Shown in pieces: positions 1 through 7,538 of a DNA stretch of 32,000 nt (its first letter is position 1; every line of letters begins with the position of its first letter). The notes below the pieces were generated by a model, which was not told where the DNA came from, did not search any database, and saw only the letters and a list, made by a program, of their open reading frames with translations. The stretch covers positions 5,370,001-5,402,000 of the forward strand of contig NC_003272.1 of NCBI RefSeq assembly GCF_000009705.1. Direction: 5' to 3'. The DNA comes from Nostoc sp. PCC 7120 = FACHB-418 (GTDB taxonomy: Bacteria > Cyanobacteriota > Cyanobacteriia > Cyanobacteriales > Nostocaceae). The position numbers and the translations under genes were made by a program.

Positions 1-1
1 C

Positions 2-205
2 GCTATCGTGCCACCCCAGGTAAAACCATTTTTACTGTTGAATCCACTAACACCTATTATTGAAAGTTTGCGTCAAATTACACTATCAGGAAATTTACCG
101 GATTTAAGTTTAATTTGGGGTGGTTTACTCGGCGGCATAATTATTTTGTCATTGGGATGGTTTTGTTTTCAGTTGTGGCGACATCAATTTATGGATCTGC
201 TGTAG
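2..205 (+). CDS. C-terminal fragment of an ABC-2 type polysaccharide export permease (Wzm-like); 5' end lies outside the window
   Basis: The frame is open from the window edge to TAG 203-205. It ends in a hydrophobic TM-like segment (LLGGIIILSLGWFCF). The stop abuts the ATG of the ABC ATPase (TAGATG at 203-208), the usual permease-ATPase arrangement. Confidence 0.6.
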   Translation, partial: AIVPPQVKPFLLLNPLTPIIESLRQITLSGNLPDLSLIWGGLLGGIIILSLGWFCFQLWRHQFMDLL

Positions 206-946
206 ATGGAAGTAATTCGTCTGGATAAAGTTTCGCTATGGCGGCGAACCCAAGAAGAGTTTTCTTATGACCTCAAGAAAACTCTCCTATCTTTGATAGA
301 AGGTAAATATCGTAAGCCAGCGAAAAAATTGGTTTTAGACAACGTCGATTTAGTTGTTGAAAAAGGCGACAAAATTGGTATTATTGGCGCAAATGGATCT
401 GGTAAATCAACTTTATTGAAGATCATTTCTGGTATACTTCAACCAACGACTGGCACAGTCAGAGTCAAAGGGCAAGTTGCACCTTTGATTGAACTAGGTG
501 CTGGTTTTGATGCAGAAATATCTGTAATGGATAATATTCTGCTCTATGGTGTATTACTGGGATTTTCGAGGGCGGAAATGAAAGAAAGGGCGAACTCAAT
601 ATTGGAGTTTGCAGAATTACAGGACTATGCTTTAGTTCCTGTAAAAGGACTTTCTTCTGGTATGGTTGCTCGTTTAGGGTTTTCCATTGCCACAGATGTG
701 CAGCCAAATATCTTAATTTTAGATGAGGTCTTATCGGTAGGAGACGAAAATTTTAAAAATAAATGCAAGCAAAGAATTGATAATTTTTGGAATGGAGATG
801 CAACAGTTTTAGTAGTTTCCCATGATTTACAGTTTGTTAAACAATATTGTAATCAGTTGGTTTGGTTATCTCATGGAAAGATAGAGTTTATAGGCGATTC
901 AGGAGAGGCAATTCAACATTATTTAAGTACATTAACATCCACATGA
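206..946 (+). CDS. wzt: Polysaccharide/O-antigen export ABC transporter ATP-binding protein (Wzt/TagH/KpsT-like), nucleotide-binding domain only
   Basis: Walker A GANGSGKST, ABC signature LSSGM, Walker B ILILDE and H-loop VSHD are present. At 246 aa it has no C-terminal extension. It immediately follows the permease fragment. Confidence 0.9.
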   Translation: MEVIRLDKVSLWRRTQEEFSYDLKKTLLSLIEGKYRKPAKKLVLDNVDLVVEKGDKIGIIGANGSGKSTLLKIISGILQPTTGTVRVKGQVAPLIELGAGFDAEISVMDNILLYGVLLGFSRAEMKERANSILEFAELQDYALVPVKGLSSGMVARLGFSIATDVQPNILILDEVLSVGDENFKNKCKQRIDNFWNGDATVLVVSHDLQFVKQYCNQLVWLSHGKIEFIGDSGEAIQHYLSTLTST

Positions 947-956
947 ATATCTAAAC

Positions 957-3947
957 ATGGATACTTTCAATTATCAAAATTTTTATAATCAAGAATATTA
1001 TCTAAATATGGTACCGGGTATTCCTTATGATAGGGAAGCTCATGGTGGACACTGGTTACGTTTTTTCAATACAGTTGCAGATAGGTTAATTAACTATGTT
1101 TCACCCACCTCTGTTCTAGATGTGGGATGCGCCAAAGGTTTTTTGCTGGAAGCATTTTACAATCGAGGCATTCTAGTACATGGTTTCGATTATTCAGAAT
1201 ACGCCATATCTTGTGTACGAGAAGATTTAAAACCCTTTGCTTTTGTTGCTTCGGCTGCCAATTCAAACGCATTTCTAGAGAAACAGGATAGTTATGATTT
1301 GATAACTTGTATTGAAGTAGTTGAACATATGCCACGGGATGAGGCATGGTTGGCAATTAAAAATATGTGCCAGTCTGCTAAATCAATATTCTTTTCATCT
1401 ACATCAGATGATTTTGCTGAACCGACTCATTTGACTGTTTTACCCCGTATTTACTGGCTAGAAACTTTTCTTTCATTTGGCTTTGTACCAGATTACAAGT
1501 TTGATATACATGATCTCATACCACACGGAATTCTACTACGAAAAATAGATGATAATCTGACAGCATTCAAAATGCTTATTGAAGTAAATGAAACAAACTT
1601 AGAAGTAATAAAACAGCAAAAAATAGATATAGAAAAATTAAACTCAGAAAAAGTTAATTTAGAGAATAAATTACAACAAACTCAGACAGAGTTAGAGCGA
1701 TCGCACTCCCAACTACAGCAGACTCAGACAGAGTTAGAGCGATCGCACTCCCAACTACAGCAAACTCAGACAGAATTAGAGCGATCGCACTCCCAACTAC
1801 AGCAGACTCAGACAGAGTTAGAGCGATCGCACTCCCAACTACAGCAGACTCAGACAGAGTTAGAGCGATCGCACTCCCAACTACATCAGACTCAGACAGA
1901 ATTAGAGCGATCGCAATCTCAACTACAGCAGACTCAGACAGAACTGGAGCGATCGCAGTCCCAATTGCAACAAATTCAGATGGCTTTGACTTTGCCTCAG
2001 TCCCAACTATACCAAATGCAGACAGAGTTAGAACATTGGAAAAACCTTGTCGACTGGATGGAGGGAAGTAGATTCTGGAAGTTACGAGCCTTATGCTTGA
2101 GTCTAAAGAAAAAAATAATAAATTTTCCTATCATTAAGCTTGACTTTGGCAGTTTGCCTGTTTTTCGTAAAAACAACTATCCCATATTTGTCAAGCGTAC
2201 AGGTAAGCTGATAAAGAATCAGATCATGAGCTTTCGCACTCAAAATGATTTCGCTGATGAAATATTAGCAGGAGTGCTACAAAGCTTTGCTGAATCTCCA
2301 GAATATAGTCAATGGATTAAAGATTATGAAGCAAAAAACGATGAATTGAAGGAACAAAGAATCAATGCTGCATCGTTTCCGTATCAACCTGTCTTAAGTA
2401 TAATTCTTCCAGTTTATAAACTACCACTAACTGTCTTACAAGAGACAATCAATAGTGTTATTCAACAAACTTACTCCAATTGGGAGCTATGTATTGCTTT
2501 TGCAGATATAGATAATTATCAAACAATTGATTATTTAAAAACCTTGAGTTTACAAGAAAAACGAATAAAGCTTAAGGTGATGGCGGAGAACAAAGGGATT
2601 TCTGGTAACTCTAATGTTTCTCTAAATATGGCTTCGGGCGAATTTGTAGCTTTACTCGATCATGATGACTTATTAGCACCTTTTGCCTTTTATGAAGTCA
2701 TCAGTGAATTGAACAAGCAACCAGATTTAGACTTTATCTACTCAGATAAAGACTGTATTAGTGCCAACAGCATGGTAAGGTCAAGGCTCTTACTCAAACC
2801 AGAGTGGAGTCCAGAAATCCTATATTCCGCTAATTATTTAACTCATTTGTGTATTGCTCGTCGCACACTTTTGGAAAAGATTGGTGGCTTTCGTCCAGAA
2901 ACAGATGGCGCGCAAGACTGGGATTTATTTTTACGTATCACAGAAAATACATCGCGTATTGCTCGAATTAATTCTGTACTTTACCATTGGCGGATTATAC
3001 AAGGTTCAACTTCCTTGGGAATAGATTCCAAGCCATACGCGCTTGAGGGACAACTGCGTTCTATTCAAGATCATCTAACTAGAACAAAATTGCCGGCCAC
3101 AGTTTCACCACATCCTGAATCTGGTTTTCGCTTAGAATGGCAAGCCTCATCTGCGGAGGTATCAATTTATATTGATGGTGATGTGTCCTGGGATTCTCTA
3201 TCAGCTTGTATTCATGCTGTTTCCGAATTTGCTGATCCCAAATTACACAAAGCAACAATAGTTTTAGCCGAACACACGTATACTTCCAAAGCTACTGAAA
3301 GAGAAAATCTTATAACAGCAGTCAATTTACCTATTGATTGGCTACCGATTAAAGAAGGAGATTCTAAATTAGCTACTTTAGCTAACACTATAAAACAAGA
3401 TAAGACTGATGTAGTTGTGTTTGTATCAGGTCTAGTTAAGAAGTTTACCGAAGGATGGATACAAGAACTAAGTGGATGGGTGCTTAACCACCCAGATATT
3501 GGATTTGTGTCCTCACTTGTTTTAACCGATAACAATTTAGTCGTAGAAGCTGGACTAGTCGTTGACCAATATAATAATGGCTCTCCCTTAATGCGAGGAA
3601 ATTTCTTATATTCCTGGGATATTTTTGGTGGGGCTTTATGGTACAGAAATTGTAGTGCTAGTTCTCCTTGGTCTATAGCTTTTAGTTATAAAAATTACTT
3701 AGAGGGAGGAGGATTACCATCTAACTCTCCTTCTCTATCACACTCGATGATTAAGCTTTGTCAAGCTATCCGTGTGAATAATAAACGAGGCTTGGTCAAC
3801 CCTCATGCTCGTGCATTTTTGCAGGATTTACCAAAAAATGATATTCCAGAATTTGACGATTCTCTAGGAAATGATCCTTATTTTCATCCTGCCTTTAGTT
3901 CAGTTGTTCCTTTAAAATTAAGAGTTAAAAATGGTAAAAAAAATTAA
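957..3947 (+). CDS. Multidomain glycan-assembly protein: N-terminal class I SAM methyltransferase, about 160-aa coiled coil, GT2 glycosyltransferase, and a second divergent GT2-like domain
   Basis: 996-aa ORF with an ATG start. MT motif I is LDVGCAKGF, with CIEVVEHM further on. The 14-aa unit QQTQTELERSHSQL is repeated with Leu every 7th residue. The GT2 N-terminus is LSIILPVYK and the DXD is LDHDD. The C-terminal region HPDIGFVSSLVLTDNNLVVEAGLVVD resembles a second GT-A domain. Confidence 0.85.
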   Translation: MDTFNYQNFYNQEYYLNMVPGIPYDREAHGGHWLRFFNTVADRLINYVSPTSVLDVGCAKGFLLEAFYNRGILVHGFDYSEYAISCVREDLKPFAFVASAANSNAFLEKQDSYDLITCIEVVEHMPRDEAWLAIKNMCQSAKSIFFSSTSDDFAEPTHLTVLPRIYWLETFLSFGFVPDYKFDIHDLIPHGILLRKIDDNLTAFKMLIEVNETNLEVIKQQKIDIEKLNSEKVNLENKLQQTQTELERSHSQLQQTQTELERSHSQLQQTQTELERSHSQLQQTQTELERSHSQLQQTQTELERSHSQLHQTQTELERSQSQLQQTQTELERSQSQLQQIQMALTLPQSQLYQMQTELEHWKNLVDWMEGSRFWKLRALCLSLKKKIINFPIIKLDFGSLPVFRKNNYPIFVKRTGKLIKNQIMSFRTQNDFADEILAGVLQSFAESPEYSQWIKDYEAKNDELKEQRINAASFPYQPVLSIILPVYKLPLTVLQETINSVIQQTYSNWELCIAFADIDNYQTIDYLKTLSLQEKRIKLKVMAENKGISGNSNVSLNMASGEFVALLDHDDLLAPFAFYEVISELNKQPDLDFIYSDKDCISANSMVRSRLLLKPEWSPEILYSANYLTHLCIARRTLLEKIGGFRPETDGAQDWDLFLRITENTSRIARINSVLYHWRIIQGSTSLGIDSKPYALEGQLRSIQDHLTRTKLPATVSPHPESGFRLEWQASSAEVSIYIDGDVSWDSLSACIHAVSEFADPKLHKATIVLAEHTYTSKATERENLITAVNLPIDWLPIKEGDSKLATLANTIKQDKTDVVVFVSGLVKKFTEGWIQELSGWVLNHPDIGFVSSLVLTDNNLVVEAGLVVDQYNNGSPLMRGNFLYSWDIFGGALWYRNCSASSPWSIAFSYKNYLEGGGLPSNSPSLSHSMIKLCQAIRVNNKRGLVNPHARAFLQDLPKNDIPEFDDSLGNDPYFHPAFSSVVPLKLRVKNGKKN
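1674..2051 (+). repeat. In-frame 42-bp (14-aa) tandem repeat: 7 near-perfect units (1674-1967) plus 2 degenerate units (1968-2051), each good unit containing a HIP1 site
   Basis: Direct reading shows units 2, 4 and 5 are identical 42-mers (cagcagactcagacagagttagagcgatcgcactcccaacta). Units 1-7 differ by only a few nt. GCGATCGC recurs at exactly 42-bp spacing. Confidence 0.95.
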
Positions 3948-6075
3948 ATTACCCAAATTTCTCAAAGACATAATTAAGGAAAACATCATCGTAGATAGAT
4001 ACATAAGAGATGCTACCGCACTTGCGGGTATCATGGATTTCTCTTGTGCAGATATTTCTGAAATACAGCAGCATCCTGAGCGAGTCAATCAATCAGGCAG
4101 TCAAACTATCAATTGGTATGTACCACCATTTGAAAACGCTTTTTATGGTGGTGTTATGACCATACTCCGCACTGCTGATTATTTACATCAGCATGGAAAA
4201 ATCAAACAAAGATTTCTGATTTGTGGAGATAGTAATGCTGAAGTGATGCTTACTAAGATTACTAATGCTTTTCCTAATTTGAATACTGCTGAAGTAATCA
4301 TTCTCAACTCCATGGAGGCTATTCAGAACATTCCACCATCAGACTTCTCAATAGCTACCCTTTGGACAACAGCTTATGTCCTATTAAAAGTAAACAATAC
4401 TGGCTTAAAATTTTATTTTATACAAGATTTTGAACCCCTGTTTTATCCTGCTGGCTCAACTTACGCTCAAGCTGAGGCAACTTACCGTTTTGGGTTCTAT
4501 GGAATTGCTAACACTATCAGTTTAAGAAAAATATATGAAACTGAATATGCTGGCATAGCGACTCATTTTACACCATGTGTAGATACAAAGGTCTTTTATC
4601 CTGACAGTAGCATCAGGAAAAATGATACTTCCAAGCGCGTATTTTTTTATGGAAGACCAGGACATCCACGTAATGGATTTGAGTTAGCAGTTGAAGCAAT
4701 GCGTAAGCTGAAAACCCGTTATGGTTCTCAGATAGAAATATTATCTGCTGGTGCTAATTGGAATCCTAAAGAATATGGTTTAGAAGGAGTTATAGAAAAC
4801 CTGGGACTATTAAGTTATGAAGAAACAGGAAATTTGTATCGTTCTTGCCATATTGGACTTTCAATGATGATGACCAAACACCCATCTTATTTACCTTTTG
4901 AGATGATGGCTTGTGGTGTATTGGTGGTATCGAATATTAATTCGAGTACACAATGGTTATTGAAAGACAGGGAAAATTGTCTATTATCCCACCCTAGTGC
5001 TAGTTGTATCGCTGAAACAATATCAGAAGCTATTGATAAGTATGATGATTTTGATTTAATCAGAAACAATGCAGTTAATTGCATTAAATATAACCATGCT
5101 GATTGGTCTGTTGAGATTAAGAAAATCACCGATTTTATTCAATATCATGCAATCAAATACAGTAACTGTTTAGTGCAGTCTAATGGAGATATTTTTGGTT
5201 CTGCTGTTTTTGTTGTAAACAATGGGTATCGTCATTATGTGCCAGATTTAGACTGGATAATCCAACATGGATTCATTTGGCCAACCGATGTTCAAGTTGT
5301 TAGTGATGAAGTGTTACTTAGTCTGCTGCCAGGTCGTCCTGCTCCGCACAAATGGACATTGGAAAATTGGGTAAACCCACCTAGAGATGTCAGCATGACG
5401 ATAATAAGAGAAATTGCTGTGTCTAGACTGAGTGGGAATGGCGTAGAATTTGGCGCGGCGGCATCTCCTTTCCCGATACCGTTACATTGTGATGTCAAAT
5501 ACGCTGATATTTGTCCTACAAATGAACTGCAAAAAAAACTGTATCCTGGACAAGTAGTTTATAGCTTGATTGAACCCGATGTTATTACTGATTTCAACAC
5601 TTTGGAAGGGATTGAAGACGATAGTCTTGACTTCATAGTTGCTTGTCATGTGATTGAACATACTAGAAATCCTATTGCTGCTATAGAGGCATCTTATAAA
5701 AAACTACGTATGGGAGGGTCTCTTGTTTTAGTAATACCGGATAAAGATAGAACTTTTGATAAGCAGCGTGACTTAACTACCTTAGAACATCTAATTCTAG
5801 ATTATGAATCTCCCTTGAGAGAAAGAGATAAGGAACACTATTTTGAATTCTTTAAACTTGCATTTCCCGTCTTAGAAGAAAATTTTATTTCCACAGTAGA
5901 AAAAAATTTCCAGGAACAAGCGGATATTCACTATCATACATTTACTTATGAAAGTTTTAGTGTACTAATAAGTCATGTATGTAAAAATATTTCCCCTTGG
6001 TCGTCAGTATGGTCACAACCTACGTTATCTAACCCAATAGAAGATATAGAATTTTACTTTGTATTAACTAAATAA
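3931..6075 (+). CDS. Bifunctional glycosyltransferase (GT-B, WsaF-like rhamnosyltransferase-type N-terminal half) plus C-terminal class I SAM methyltransferase
   Basis: 714-aa ORF. The N-terminal half has motifs typical of WsaF-like/GT4 enzymes (FFYGRPGHPRNGFELAVEA, PSYLPFEMMACGVLVV). The C-terminal half has MT motifs (VEFGAAASP, LDFIVACHVIEHTRNP, GGSLVLVIPD). Its ATG overlaps the upstream stop by 17 nt. Confidence 0.8.
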   Translation: MVKKIKLPKFLKDIIKENIIVDRYIRDATALAGIMDFSCADISEIQQHPERVNQSGSQTINWYVPPFENAFYGGVMTILRTADYLHQHGKIKQRFLICGDSNAEVMLTKITNAFPNLNTAEVIILNSMEAIQNIPPSDFSIATLWTTAYVLLKVNNTGLKFYFIQDFEPLFYPAGSTYAQAEATYRFGFYGIANTISLRKIYETEYAGIATHFTPCVDTKVFYPDSSIRKNDTSKRVFFYGRPGHPRNGFELAVEAMRKLKTRYGSQIEILSAGANWNPKEYGLEGVIENLGLLSYEETGNLYRSCHIGLSMMMTKHPSYLPFEMMACGVLVVSNINSSTQWLLKDRENCLLSHPSASCIAETISEAIDKYDDFDLIRNNAVNCIKYNHADWSVEIKKITDFIQYHAIKYSNCLVQSNGDIFGSAVFVVNNGYRHYVPDLDWIIQHGFIWPTDVQVVSDEVLLSLLPGRPAPHKWTLENWVNPPRDVSMTIIREIAVSRLSGNGVEFGAAASPFPIPLHCDVKYADICPTNELQKKLYPGQVVYSLIEPDVITDFNTLEGIEDDSLDFIVACHVIEHTRNPIAAIEASYKKLRMGGSLVLVIPDKDRTFDKQRDLTTLEHLILDYESPLRERDKEHYFEFFKLAFPVLEENFISTVEKNFQEQADIHYHTFTYESFSVLISHVCKNISPWSSVWSQPTLSNPIEDIEFYFVLTK

Positions 6076-6113
6076 TGAGACACTTAATTAAGTGAGATAC
6101 CTGAAGCTAGCTA

Positions 6114-6659
6114 ATGAACTTCATTCATACAAAAATTCCTGCTATTTCCCTCCTCGAACCGCAAGTCTTCAGTGACTCACGCGGCTTATTCTTTGAATCT
6201 TACAATCAGCAAAATTTTACAGATAAACTTGGTATCACCGTAAACTTCGTTCAAGATAACCATTCATTTTCCCAACATAACGTCCTGCGTGGACTGCACT
6301 ATCAAATCATTCAACCCCAAGGCAAATTAGTCCGCGCTGTCGTGGGGACAATTTTTGATGTTGCTGTAGATATTAGAAAAAGCTCTCCCAGTTTCGGACA
6401 ATGGGTAGGTTATGAACTTAGCGCCGAGAACAAACGCCAATTGTGGGTACCTCCAGGCTTTGCTCATGGCTTTCTCGTACTGTCTGAAGTTGCCGAAGTT
6501 ATTTACAAAACTACAGATTACTATGCGCCTGGTGGCGATCGCACTATTCTATGGAATGATCCTGATTTAGCAATAAATTGGCCTCTCAAAGAACCACCAA
6601 TTTTATCAGCCAAAGATAGCCAGGGTCAGCCATTTAAAAGTGCGGAAGTATATGAATGA
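6114..6659 (+). CDS. rfbC: dTDP-4-dehydrorhamnose 3,5-epimerase
   Basis: 181 aa with RmlC cupin signatures: DSRGLFFE, RGLHYQ, GKLVRAVVGTIFDVAVDIR, VPPGFAHGF. Confidence 0.9.
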   Translation: MNFIHTKIPAISLLEPQVFSDSRGLFFESYNQQNFTDKLGITVNFVQDNHSFSQHNVLRGLHYQIIQPQGKLVRAVVGTIFDVAVDIRKSSPSFGQWVGYELSAENKRQLWVPPGFAHGFLVLSEVAEVIYKTTDYYAPGGDRTILWNDPDLAINWPLKEPPILSAKDSQGQPFKSAEVYE

Positions 6660-7536
6660 ACCAATCCTACTACTAGGTAGCAACGGTCAAGTAGGTCAAG
6701 AAATCCAAAATCTCCTTGCACCTAGATACAAAATTATCTCAGTCGCACGACCAAGGATAGACCTGACTCAAGCCGATAGTCTGCGTCAAATCATCAGAGA
6801 AGTCCAACCACAGATAATTATTAACGCCGCCGCTTACACTGCTGTAGACAAAGCCGAAACTGAACCCGAAATAGCTACAGCTATCAATGCTACAGCACCC
6901 CAAATTATCGCCGAAGAAAGCCAAAAACTCGGCTCGTTCTTAATTCACATATCCACAGATTACGTTTTTGATGGTCAGCAAAGTCACCCTTACCAAGAAA
7001 CTGACCCCACTAACCCCTTAAGTGTTTATGGTAAGACCAAACTAGCCGGAGAAATAGCCATTCAACAAACTCACCCTCATCACATTATTCTGCGTACAGC
7101 TTGGGTTTATGGCAGTTTTGGTAAAAGTAACTTTGTCAAAACCATGCTGCGACTGGGTGCAGAACGCCAAGAAATTCGGGTAGTAAAAGATCAAATTGGC
7201 TCCCCTACTTGGGCGCAAGATATCGCTGACACCATAGCCCAAGTGATACCCCAAATACCAGAAATTTCTGGGACTTACCACTACACAAATACTGGTGTAA
7301 TTAGCTGGTACGAATTTGCTGTTGCTATTTTTGCAGAATCTCAAAAACTAGGTTTTCCTCTCACAGTCCAACAAATTATTCCTATTACCACCGCCGAATA
7401 TCCGACTTTAGCTCCCCGTCCTGCCTATTCTGTCCTGGCTTGTGAGAAGATGTCACAAGTTCTGGGAACTGCTCCCCCTCATTGGCAACAAAGACTGCGG
7501 TTGATGCTGCAAGACTGGCTCTCCAAATATTCTTGA
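6652..7536 (+). CDS. rfbD: dTDP-4-dehydrorhamnose reductase
   Basis: Rossmann motif LLLGSNGQVG, the RmlD motif STDYVFDG, and YGKTK catalytic residues. I prefer the ATG at 6652, which overlaps the rfbC stop (ATGAATGA), over the GTG at 6640 given in the ORF track. Confidence 0.88.
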   Translation: MNEPILLLGSNGQVGQEIQNLLAPRYKIISVARPRIDLTQADSLRQIIREVQPQIIINAAAYTAVDKAETEPEIATAINATAPQIIAEESQKLGSFLIHISTDYVFDGQQSHPYQETDPTNPLSVYGKTKLAGEIAIQQTHPHHIILRTAWVYGSFGKSNFVKTMLRLGAERQEIRVVKDQIGSPTWAQDIADTIAQVIPQIPEISGTYHYTNTGVISWYEFAVAIFAESQKLGFPLTVQQIIPITTAEYPTLAPRPAYSVLACEKMSQVLGTAPPHWQQRLRLMLQDWLSKYS

Positions 7537-7538
7537 TT

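Noticed and set aside
1674-2051. Possible CRISPR array, suggested by regularly spaced identical 42-bp repeats.
   Set aside because: The units are contiguous with no spacers. They lie in frame within a long ORF and encode a heptad-repeat peptide. No cas genes are present in the window.
7482-7538. N-terminal extension of the nucleotidylyltransferase ORF as given in the track (start 7482).
   Set aside because: It overlaps the 3' end of rfbD by 55 nt. The canonical MKALILSGGxGTRL N-terminus begins at the ATG at 7539, 2 nt after the rfbD stop.
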